Shown piece by piece: positions 45,939 to 54,298 of a DNA stretch of 64,000 nucleotides. The first letter of the stretch is position 1; the number at the start of each line of letters is the position of its first letter. The DNA lies in the NCBI GenBank assembly GCA_016786885.1, contig JAEUVO010000052.1, positions 12,930 through 76,929 of the forward strand, written 5' to 3'. Under the pieces are notes generated by a model, which saw only the letters and a program-made list of their open reading frames with translations, was not told the origin of the DNA and did no database searches. The position numbers and the translations under genes were made by a program. Source of the stretch: Chitinophagaceae bacterium (lineage in GTDB: Bacteria > Bacteroidota > Bacteroidia > Chitinophagales > Chitinophagaceae).

Positions 45939-48755
45939 ATGTATTTCAGGCTGCGATTATTGTTAAGTGTATTGTTGCTCACTGCTTTTGTATCTCTGCA
46001 TGCCCAATCAATAAAACTTTCGGGTAAGGTTGTTAACAAAAAAAATGAACCACTGCAGGGAGCTACAATTGTTATCAGCGGTGCCGGAAAGCAAGTACAG
46101 GCTGATGTGGAAGGAAAGTTTTATGTAACACTTGAGGCAGGTAAAAAATATACCATCACTGTTTCTAATACCGGCTATCAGACCAAAGAAATAACTGATG
46201 TAGATGTAACGGCTAACCAGGATAATTACCTGGAGATTGTTTTGGAAGATAAGTCAAGCCTTGAGGGGGTGACGATCAGAACATCATCCAGAAGACAAGA
46301 GAATACGACTGCCCTTCTGACTTTTCAAAGAAGTAACACAGCCCTTTCCAGTGGTCTGGCTGCAGACTTTATCCGCCGTACGCCTGATAAAAATACAGGG
46401 GAGGTCTTGAAAAGAGTAAGTGGTACCAGTATACAGGATAACAAATTTGTTATTGTCCGTGGCTTAAGCGACAGGTATAATTCTGCTTTGATCAACAATG
46501 CACAGCTGCCAAGTACAGAGCCTGATAAAAAAGCATTTTCATTTGATGTGATTCCTTCTACACTTATTGATAATATTATCATTAATAAAACAGCCACACC
46601 AGAATTGCCGGGAGAGTTCGCAGGCGGATTGATACAAATAAATACTAAGGATGTACCCACCAGGGATCTGCTTAGTGTTGGTGTAAGCTGGGGCTTCAAT
46701 ACTCAATCAGTGTTCCAGGATTTTATCAGCAATGAGAGGAATGCGAATGACTGGCTCGGTTTTGATGACAGAACAAGGGGATTGCCTAAAGGCTTTCCTA
46801 CTTCTGCACAGGCTTACAGGGCATTAGGGGGTACTACTACCGGTATTCAGCAGCAGATTGAATACAGCAAGTTGTTTAATAATGATGTATACAACGAAAA
46901 AACCACTACAGCTCTACCTTCACAAACTTACAGTCTCACCTGGGGAACAAGCAAGAAATTTAAAAATGGCGGCACATTGGGCAATATACTATCTGTTCAA
47001 TATCGCAACAGTATGCTGAAATATGATGTGGAAAGAAGATTACATGAAGATGATGGAGATGTACTGGTGCAGTTATTTGATGAACAGAACAGATATAGTG
47101 TAAATGTTGGTGCTCTTGCCAATATTTCTTATGTGAAGGGAAGACATAAAATTTCTTTCAAGAATTTATTTAACCAGCTGTTTGAAGATAATTATTATAC
47201 CCGTGGTGGTGTTAGTAATGACCGTATCCAGGATATCAATTTCCGTTCTTCAGTACTAAACCAGCGTTCATTATACAGCGGACAAATTGAAGGCAACCAC
47301 CAACTGACCAATAGTGGTATCAAACTGATGTGGAATGGCAACTTTGCCTATAACTGGAAGTCACAGCCAGATCTACGCACTTCGGCTTATTTCCGTGGAA
47401 AAGGAACCAATGATCCTTTTGAATTTAACGATGACGACACCCGTCGCTTTTTCAGTGACCTGAAGGATTATAGCTACGGCGCTACAGGAAGCCTGACCAT
47501 TCCATTTGTTTTCAAGAAACAAAAGCAAACATTCAAGGCCGGAGGGTCAACTTTAATCCGTATCCGTGATTTCCGCAGCCGCATTTTCCGCTATGAACCG
47601 GCGAATGTATCTCAGTTTGACGCAACTAAGAACCAACTTCCTTACAACCAAATATTCGCCCAGGAAAATATAGCACTGGATGGATTTAAGATCCTCGATT
47701 TTACCAATAACCAGGATAAATATTTTGGTGTGTCTGTACTGAACGGTATGTATGGCATGTTCGATAATAAGTTTGGAGAGCAAGTACGGCTGGTATGGGG
47801 TGTAAGAGTGGAAAACTTCCAGCAGTTTCTTACTACAAGAGATGTGACGGCTAAAAGAGTAGTAGTAAATACAGAAAAATGGGATGTGCTTCCTTCTTTC
47901 AACTTTACACTTTCTCCCAATAATAAACACAGTATACGGGTAGCGGGCAGCCGCACAGTAGCCAGACCGGAATTCAGAGAGATCGCACCTTTCTCTTTCT
48001 TTGATTACGAAGTGAACTATGCAGTAAATGGAAATCCGGATCTGAAAAGAACTTCCATTCTCAATGGGGATGTTCGTTATGAATTTTATCCCAAAGGTGG
48101 TGAAGCAATCACTATCGGCGCCTTTTACAAAAACTTTGATGACCCGATTGAACTACGACTGAATCCTTCGAGTGTATTGGACAGACGTAACTATGAGTAT
48201 ACCAATGCTGACAAGGCTTACTCAATCGGTGCTGAATTTGAAGTAAGAAAAAATCTTGATTTCCTAAGTAAATCACTGGAGAATTTCAGCGCCTTTATCA
48301 ATCTTACTTATATCTATTCAAAGGTTACTCTTGCTTCTACTTCCGGAACCGGCAGTGCTACTACTTCTAACCGTCCTTTACAAGGGCAATCTCCTTACCT
48401 GGCCAATTTGGGGTTACAGTATAACAGCAAGAAGGGCGGATGGAATGGTTCGTTGCTGTACAACAGGATCGGTCAGCGGCTGGCACTGGTTGGAATAAAT
48501 GACCTGGGTTTCCCGGATATATATGAAAGACCCCGTGACCAGGTAGATCTGCAGATCGCCAAAAAAATATTCAAAGACAGGGGTGAATTGAAACTTACTT
48601 GGGCAGATATCCTGAACCCCGCTTATTATTTCTATGAGAATGTGGACAGCAAGAAAGCATACAGCGGTGGTAATGACAGGTTGTTCTACTCCTATACACC
48701 GGGTTCAACCATTTCAATTGGTTTCACCTACGATTTCAATGTTGGAAAAAAATAA
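45939..48755 (+). CDS. TonB-dependent receptor
   Basis: Signal peptide, carboxypeptidase-like N-domain, plug (RGLSDRYNS, FDVIPS, LPGEFAGG), TVARPEFRE, GNPDL, C-terminal barrel strands. Confidence 0.94.
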   Translation: MYFRLRLLLSVLLLTAFVSLHAQSIKLSGKVVNKKNEPLQGATIVISGAGKQVQADVEGKFYVTLEAGKKYTITVSNTGYQTKEITDVDVTANQDNYLEIVLEDKSSLEGVTIRTSSRRQENTTALLTFQRSNTALSSGLAADFIRRTPDKNTGEVLKRVSGTSIQDNKFVIVRGLSDRYNSALINNAQLPSTEPDKKAFSFDVIPSTLIDNIIINKTATPELPGEFAGGLIQINTKDVPTRDLLSVGVSWGFNTQSVFQDFISNERNANDWLGFDDRTRGLPKGFPTSAQAYRALGGTTTGIQQQIEYSKLFNNDVYNEKTTTALPSQTYSLTWGTSKKFKNGGTLGNILSVQYRNSMLKYDVERRLHEDDGDVLVQLFDEQNRYSVNVGALANISYVKGRHKISFKNLFNQLFEDNYYTRGGVSNDRIQDINFRSSVLNQRSLYSGQIEGNHQLTNSGIKLMWNGNFAYNWKSQPDLRTSAYFRGKGTNDPFEFNDDDTRRFFSDLKDYSYGATGSLTIPFVFKKQKQTFKAGGSTLIRIRDFRSRIFRYEPANVSQFDATKNQLPYNQIFAQENIALDGFKILDFTNNQDKYFGVSVLNGMYGMFDNKFGEQVRLVWGVRVENFQQFLTTRDVTAKRVVVNTEKWDVLPSFNFTLSPNNKHSIRVAGSRTVARPEFREIAPFSFFDYEVNYAVNGNPDLKRTSILNGDVRYEFYPKGGEAITIGAFYKNFDDPIELRLNPSSVLDRRNYEYTNADKAYSIGAEFEVRKNLDFLSKSLENFSAFINLTYIYSKVTLASTSGTGSATTSNRPLQGQSPYLANLGLQYNSKKGGWNGSLLYNRIGQRLALVGINDLGFPDIYERPRDQVDLQIAKKIFKDRGELKLTWADILNPAYYFYENVDSKKAYSGGNDRLFYSYTPGSTISIGFTYDFNVGKK

Positions 48756-48799
48756 CTCTACAATAAATAACTAAAACAAAAACACAAAACAAAAATTAT

Positions 48800-50152
48800 A
48801 TGAAGAAGATTCTTTTCGGTGCACTGGCTTTTATAGCGCTTTTCAGTACACCCTCTTGTGTGAAGGTGAATTTTGATGAAGGAGAGGTAATTACTCCTGC
48901 ACCCGACCCTACCAGTAATGTTATCACAGGGGTTATTTCCTCCAGTAAGTTTTATGCAAAGGGAAAGTGGGTGTTGAAAGGATATGTGTATGTAACAGAA
49001 GGTGCCACTATTACTTTTGAAGCTGGTTGTGTTGTTCAGAGTGATATTACAGAGAAGGGTGCGCTGATCATTGAAAGGGGCGCCAAGCTGATTGCTTCCG
49101 GAACAAAAGATAACCCGATTGTATTCACCAGCGGAAAAGCTGTTGGATCAAGAGCACCCGGTGATTGGGGTGGTATTATTTTATTAGGTAAAGCGCCAAC
49201 CAATCGTCCGCTTGACCCGGCTCCAACTATCGAAGGTGGTGTAGGCCGCCAGTACGGCGGAATTGATCCGCTGGACGAAAGTGGTATCCTGCGTTTCGTT
49301 CGTATTGAGTATGCAGGTATTGCAGCAGAACCCGGATCTGAAATAAATGGGTTAACCTGTGGTGGTGTTGGTTCAGGCACTATTATCGAGAACGTACAGG
49401 TTTCTTTTGGAAATGATGATGCATTTGAATTCTTTGGGGGTACCGTAAATGCCAAGAACCTTATCGCTTTTGCAACAGCGGATGATGATTTTGATTTCGA
49501 CTTTGGGTATAGTGGAAAAATTCAGTTCGGTATTTCTATGCGTAAACCGGATTTTGTTGATGCAGGTGATGCCGGAAACGGTATTGAGTGCGACAATGAT
49601 GGTAGCGGAACCAACGCAACTCCTGTTACAAAACCACAATTAAGCAATTTTACTTTTGTGGGACCAAATGATGCGACCGGTACAGCAGCCAATCATAATT
49701 ATTCAAACCGCTGGAGAAGAAGAACACAGTTTATTCTTCGCAACTCAATCCTGATCGGGCATCCTGATGCAGGCTTCTCCATGGAATCTGATGGCACACT
49801 TAATGATTATTACGTAAATAATATTTCAGAATTCAAGAATAACCTGGTTCATGCCACTGCTAATGTGTACCGCTCAGGTAATACTGCTATTGCTACCGCA
49901 GCACAGATCCAGGCAAAGGCTGAAAGTGAAGGTTGTGTTACTCTGGCTACATCAGCAGCAGCTCAGTTAACCAGTCCTTTTTACTCTACCACACCTAATT
50001 TTTTACCTGCGACCGGCTCACCTGCATTAAGCGGTTCAAGTTTTACCGGTATGAATGCTTTCTTTACTGCTACTACTTACCGTGGCGCTATGGGAACTAC
50101 AGACTGGACAGCTACCTGGACCAACTGGGATCCGCAGAACAAGGCCTATTAA
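48800..50152 (+). CDS. Lipoprotein of unknown function, probable beta-helix fold
   Basis: Cys after hydrophobic leader (TPSC), GDWGGIILLGKAP, SGILRFVRIEYAG, DDAFEFFGG, DDDFDFDFG, NGIECDN. Confidence 0.8.
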   Translation: MKKILFGALAFIALFSTPSCVKVNFDEGEVITPAPDPTSNVITGVISSSKFYAKGKWVLKGYVYVTEGATITFEAGCVVQSDITEKGALIIERGAKLIASGTKDNPIVFTSGKAVGSRAPGDWGGIILLGKAPTNRPLDPAPTIEGGVGRQYGGIDPLDESGILRFVRIEYAGIAAEPGSEINGLTCGGVGSGTIIENVQVSFGNDDAFEFFGGTVNAKNLIAFATADDDFDFDFGYSGKIQFGISMRKPDFVDAGDAGNGIECDNDGSGTNATPVTKPQLSNFTFVGPNDATGTAANHNYSNRWRRRTQFILRNSILIGHPDAGFSMESDGTLNDYYVNNISEFKNNLVHATANVYRSGNTAIATAAQIQAKAESEGCVTLATSAAAQLTSPFYSTTPNFLPATGSPALSGSSFTGMNAFFTATTYRGAMGTTDWTATWTNWDPQNKAY

Positions 50153-50176
50153 TCTTTAGATACAGAATAACTGAAT

Positions 50177-50205
50177 ACGTCCTGAATTTTCAGGACGTTT
50201 TTTTT
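50177..50205 (+). terminator. Intrinsic terminator of the TBDR-lipoprotein operon
   Basis: ACGTCCTGAA-tt-TTCAGGACGT followed by a T run. Confidence 0.85.
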
Positions 50206-50236
50206 ACTGAAATTTGAGATGCTAAACAAGTTACTT

Positions 50237-50671
50237 ATGAACAGGTTATTTCTTTTTACCATAACTATTTTACTGCTTACAGTGGCATGTAAGAATAATG
50301 CAAAAAAGAACATGATGTCAGAAATGAACAGCTGCGACAGTGCTGTGATCATGTATTACCATACACCGGGTAATCCCCGCTTTTTTAATATGGTGAAATT
50401 AAAAGACAAAAAATCACTTTCCGTAATTGCTGCTGATGCGAACGGCAAAGTAATAAAGAGCAAGGATACCTGTACCTCACAGGGAAAGATATATTTCTAT
50501 GGAAAAGGCGATGCGGTGTATGTTACTTATTTTTCCCGTACTGATGAGTGCAGAACATTTTCCTTTATTAAAACCGGGGAAAAGTATTTTACCCGTATGA
50601 ACTCCGAAGCAAAAGAATTGCTTGATACATTACAGTGGCTGGCAAAAGAACCTGTTGTTGTAAGTCAGTAA
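50237..50671 (+). CDS. Hypothetical lipoprotein (start MNRLFL at 50237)
   Basis: Lipobox TVAC followed by KNN; two Cys in the body (CTSQGKIYFY, CRTFSF). Confidence 0.7.
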   Translation: MNRLFLFTITILLLTVACKNNAKKNMMSEMNSCDSAVIMYYHTPGNPRFFNMVKLKDKKSLSVIAADANGKVIKSKDTCTSQGKIYFYGKGDAVYVTYFSRTDECRTFSFIKTGEKYFTRMNSEAKELLDTLQWLAKEPVVVSQ

Positions 50672-50680
50672 TGAGAGAGA

Positions 50681-51886
50681 TCAGTTGCGTGGGGTGTAAG
50701 CATAAGCCACTTCATACACCTTTTTGTTCAAGCCAGGTATTAATTGTCCCAGTTTTAAATCCTGTTTCTGCGGAGTGGGTTCGCAAACAGAATATTTTTC
50801 ACCATTATAGATGATAGGTGTGCCAACCGGTTTATCAAACCTTACCGCAATGGTAACATGTTCCGGGAAGGCCAGTACTATCATCGGCAGATTATAGATC
50901 TCCTTTACCAAGCAAAAGAACAGGGCTGCCCTGTCGTCACAATCACTTTGTTCATACAGGAGTGTTTGTTCAGGGCTCAGTCTTTTTTCATTTCCAAACT
51001 GCCTGCTGTCAGGCTCAAACAAAAATGCATAACGGGTGAAGCGCATCAGGAAATCGATGCCGTTTTTTTGGTTCATTCCTTTGACATGTTTTTTCAGGTC
51101 GGGAATCAGTGAGCTGTAGGTTTCTTTGCTGAGGGGAATATTAAAGTAAGATTCATAATCAACCACCGGGTAGTTGGCAAAAATTGTTTTTATCTGCGGG
51201 TTCAGCCTGAGTTTGAAATGATAATCCAGCTCGTTATAGTTGAAGCTGATCTCTTTTTCCTGGTAATCTGTTTTATTAAAATCGGGCAGATGTGTCACTT
51301 TGTACGAAAACCCTTTCACAGCGCCGGGCACAGGTATGATTACTTCTGTAAATATCTCTTTTTCAAAATTGATGATTCCGTAGTCATGATAGTTCAGGCA
51401 TATATACTGCTTGCCATTACGCAGGCGGCCCGGTATATTATAGATGTTCTCATCTGTTTGTACGTAAAATAATATCCTGTCTGCTTTTATACTCAGTATT
51501 GCATCATATCCTGAACCAGTGAGCAGAAACCATTTATACAATGTGTAGCGGTGATAATTGGCGGCTTTAGGACTTATATGCTGAGCCGTTTTCCGGATCA
51601 GCTGGTAGTAGAGCCAGTCATCCAGCCGGTATTGTTCTTTGTATTGCTGCAATGCTTTTATAAGCGATGAATAATCTCTGGTTACCATGGTTTGGTAGAA
51701 ACCCTGAACTGTTTTTTCTGACAATGAGGCAGTAAAATCGACAAATAAGGATTGTTCAAAAGGGAGGTTTACCGGTTCGCCATAAAAGTCAAAATTGATA
51801 GAGGCTTCCGTCTGCCGGGCTTCGGATGAGGCGGGGGCCAGGCAGGCAGCCAGCAGGAGTGATAATATGTAAAGCTTTGTTTTCAT
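50681..51886 (-). CDS. Secreted protein with transglutaminase-like Cys-His motif
   Basis: Signal peptide; SDCDDRAALF, AFPEHVTIAV, VCEPT motifs. Family assignment is inference. Confidence 0.7.
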   Translation of the reverse strand: MKTKLYILSLLLAACLAPASSEARQTEASINFDFYGEPVNLPFEQSLFVDFTASLSEKTVQGFYQTMVTRDYSSLIKALQQYKEQYRLDDWLYYQLIRKTAQHISPKAANYHRYTLYKWFLLTGSGYDAILSIKADRILFYVQTDENIYNIPGRLRNGKQYICLNYHDYGIINFEKEIFTEVIIPVPGAVKGFSYKVTHLPDFNKTDYQEKEISFNYNELDYHFKLRLNPQIKTIFANYPVVDYESYFNIPLSKETYSSLIPDLKKHVKGMNQKNGIDFLMRFTRYAFLFEPDSRQFGNEKRLSPEQTLLYEQSDCDDRAALFFCLVKEIYNLPMIVLAFPEHVTIAVRFDKPVGTPIIYNGEKYSVCEPTPQKQDLKLGQLIPGLNKKVYEVAYAYTPRN

Positions 51887-51980
51887 ACAGGCTCTGTATA
51901 AAGCTACAAAAACTTAACAATAAGGTAATATTAAATTTTTCATTTCTCAATAATTACCCCTAATCCGTTGTTTTAATCAG

Positions 51981-52035
51981 TAATTATTAATTAATGCGCT
52001 CGTAACAACCCGGTAATAATGATGAATGAATTTTA
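51981..52035 (+). promoter_or_regulatory. Four-unit 11-bp TAA array plus -7-like GAATTTTA, with no credible gene downstream
   Basis: TAATTA 51981, TAATGC 51992, TAACAA 52003, TAATAA 52014; GAATTTTA at 52028, 14 nt after the last unit as at 45901-45915. Confidence 0.55.
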
Positions 52036-52039
52036 CAGC

Positions 52040-52137
52040 AGTTCTTAGTCCGGTTACAAATGGCGTTAGTAAGGATCGCCGGTGGAAAATTCTCATGCAG
52101 TTGCCACCCTGGTACGTTCTGTACAGGGTGGTTTTTT
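52040..52137 (+). ncRNA. Candidate Pho-regulated small RNA (~100 nt)
   Basis: Bounded by the promoter above and by a plus-strand terminator, although both flanking genes are on the minus strand. Confidence 0.45.
52103..52137 (+). terminator. Plus-strand intrinsic terminator
   Basis: CCACCCT(G)GTAC-gttct-GTACAGGGTGG followed by TTTTTT; no U tract on the minus strand. Confidence 0.75.
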
Positions 52138-52154
52138 ATGCGGCTGACTTATGC

Positions 52155-53183
52155 TTAATAAATTTCTCTCAGAAGTATTTCTTCATCTTTCTGCTCTGCT
52201 ACAGGGAGCGAAAAGACATATTCAAGTGATTTGGCAATACTATCTGAATAGTCTTTTCGAATAACTGGCGAACTTTCCATCCAGCTATCGAAATGTGAAG
52301 TAAAATTTTTATCGATTGCAGGCAGGCATGTAATACCCAGTTTTGTAAGGGCAGCGGCATTAGATTCCTGTTCATACTGGCCGCTGATGGGGATAGCGAG
52401 GATTTTTTTTCCAAGATGAAGCGCTTCCGCAGGAGTTTCAAAACCGGCGCCGCAGATTATTCCGGAACAGGTGATAAGGCTTTTATTGAACATGCCTTTG
52501 TTGACGGGTATAAAACGGATATTTTCTTCTTGTCTTATTCTATCTGTTTCTCTTGAGAAAATTTCAAACTGAATGCCGGGGAAAGCCTGAAAAATTGATT
52601 TAAGTTGTGGTTCGCAGTAAGATGGCAGGTAAACAGTAATATGATTACCGTCTGATGGCTCTGCCTGCAGTATTTCATTTTTTATAACAGGTCCAAAAAT
52701 AAAATCGTCGTAGGATTCAAAATGAAGCCCTGCATGATATGTTGCTTTTATGTATTGTTTCAGCAGGTATTCTCCGGTTATACTTTTTTTATCGGGCCTG
52801 GGAGTATGTGGCGACTGAAAGCTGGCCTGGTGGCCAAAATGAACAGAGGGTATTTTTTTGCGGACACAGGCTGCTGATGTGATGTAATCGAAATCATTCA
52901 GGATAAGATCATATTTTTCTACCGGCAGATCCCGGATCTCCTGTTTTACCCTCAATGGTTGAATTTTTTTGATCATCTGCCAGTAATCCAACCCACCCTT
53001 GCAATTATAGTAAAGGCTGATGCCTTTGCTGCGGTATTTAATCGGGGCATCAAGTTGAAGATTACTGTTATCTCCGCTCAGAAAGATATCAACCGTTCCA
53101 TATTCCTGCAAATACGGGAGTAAGGTCATCGCCCTGCTGATATGCCCGTTACCGGTAGCCTGAACTGCGTAGAGTATTTTCAT
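52155..53183 (-). CDS. GT-B glycosyltransferase (MJ1255/Glyco_trans_1_3-like); start MKILYA at 53183
   Basis: YAVQATGNGHISRA, LNDFD, ICGAGFETPAEALHLGK, GQYEQESNA. Confidence 0.85.
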   Translation of the reverse strand: MKILYAVQATGNGHISRAMTLLPYLQEYGTVDIFLSGDNSNLQLDAPIKYRSKGISLYYNCKGGLDYWQMIKKIQPLRVKQEIRDLPVEKYDLILNDFDYITSAACVRKKIPSVHFGHQASFQSPHTPRPDKKSITGEYLLKQYIKATYHAGLHFESYDDFIFGPVIKNEILQAEPSDGNHITVYLPSYCEPQLKSIFQAFPGIQFEIFSRETDRIRQEENIRFIPVNKGMFNKSLITCSGIICGAGFETPAEALHLGKKILAIPISGQYEQESNAAALTKLGITCLPAIDKNFTSHFDSWMESSPVIRKDYSDSIAKSLEYVFSLPVAEQKDEEILLREIY

Positions 53184-53193
53184 TTTGCATTTA

Positions 53194-54036
53194 TTAATGA
53201 AGGGAATTAATAAATAGGCCGATCTCATCCGTTATCACACTCAACGTAGGTATCTTTTTATTCATTTGTATAATATTCGCTCCTGTAAACTCTTTTTCAT
53301 CATATTGATAGATAGTCCATTCATTATTTGTGAACTCAAGAGAAGTGAGGTTCTCGATCCAGTCACCGCTATTTAAGTAGATTACCGTCCCGTTCTTTGT
53401 TTCTATTAATTTCTTTTGCGGCTGGTGTATATGACCGCAGATCACATAATCGTATCCTTTTTCGATGGCCAGTTCTGCTGCAGTTTGTTCAAAATCTGCA
53501 ATCCAGCTCACGGCTTTCTTTACACTGTTTTTTATTTTCTTGCTGAAACTCATTTTTGGCCGACCCAATTTTTTCAGCCACCAGTTGATGAAACGATTGC
53601 AGAGTATCAGCCAGTCGTAACCAAAGCCTCCCAGTTTGGCAATGATCTTTGCACTGCCTTTGGTGGTATTGTCAAATACATCACCGTGGAATACCCATGT
53701 CATTTTTCCATTGATCTCTACCACCAGTTTGTCCACCAGCTGAAAGTTGCTTAGCTGAATGCCGCTGTAGCGGCGAAGCATCTCATCATGATTGCCTGTG
53801 ATGTATACTACTCTTGTGCCATTATCAAGAAGATTCATGATCTCTTTTATTACCTGGAGGTGAGATGGAGGGAAATAACGTTTGCTGAACTGCCAGCCAT
53901 CAATTATATCTCCATTCAGAACGAGAAGGCGTGGCGAAATACTTTGCAGGTAATTGACAATTTCTTTTGCATGGCAACCATAGGTGCCAAGGTGCAGGTC
54001 TGAAATGACGGCAACGTCAAGATTTCTTTTTTTCAA
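53194..54036 (-). CDS. Calcineurin-like metallophosphoesterase (LpxH/PlcP-like); TTG start
   Basis: SDLHLG, NGDIID, GNHD, HGD, CGHIH, NSGDW. Confidence 0.9.
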   Translation of the reverse strand: MKKRNLDVAVISDLHLGTYGCHAKEIVNYLQSISPRLLVLNGDIIDGWQFSKRYFPPSHLQVIKEIMNLLDNGTRVVYITGNHDEMLRRYSGIQLSNFQLVDKLVVEINGKMTWVFHGDVFDNTTKGSAKIIAKLGGFGYDWLILCNRFINWWLKKLGRPKMSFSKKIKNSVKKAVSWIADFEQTAAELAIEKGYDYVICGHIHQPQKKLIETKNGTVIYLNSGDWIENLTSLEFTNNEWTIYQYDEKEFTGANIIQMNKKIPTLSVITDEIGLFINSLH

Positions 54037-54053
54037 TGTGTACAGAGGTTTTA

Positions 54054-54130
54054 CAAAATACGTAAAGAGTTATTACCTGAATGCGAAGAATGATTTAAGA
54101 AATTGTAATCAATATGTGATGTAATCATTA
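54054..54130 (-). promoter_or_regulatory. 11-bp-periodic array plus -7-like GTATTTTG for the phosphoesterase-GT operon
   Basis: Minus-strand units at 54130 TAATGA, 54119 TCACAT, 54108 TTACAA, 54097 TAAATC, 54075 TAATAA (54086 poor); -7-like element starts 14 nt after the last unit. Confidence 0.5.
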
Positions 54131-54191
54131 ATACATACTTGCTGGTGTATATATTATTCAAATGTTACCAGGCAAAAAATTATTGAACTAT

Positions 54192-54257
54192 TCATTTTTC
54201 GATAACTATTCGTTTATCTCTTCTTAAGATCAACTTCATATACCTGTGTCAACTTCG
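54192..54257 (+). promoter_or_regulatory. Degenerate 11-bp-periodic array plus CAACTTCG for susC
   Basis: TCATTT 54192, TAACTA 54203, TTATCT 54214, TAAGAT 54225, TCATAT 54236; CAACTTCG at 54250. Confidence 0.5.
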
Positions 54258-54298
54258 CTTCTCCAATGGATAGGTTAATAAACTAAAACAACTTTCTT

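Noticed and set aside
45935-46027. Out-of-frame ATG 4 nt upstream of the TBDR start giving a ~30-codon overlapping ORF
   Set aside because: No motif or other support; expected by chance.
52026-52229. 67-aa plus-strand ORF as the product of the orphan promoter
   Set aside because: It starts upstream of the predicted TSS, runs through the terminator and overlaps the GT 3' end antisense; no recognizable features.
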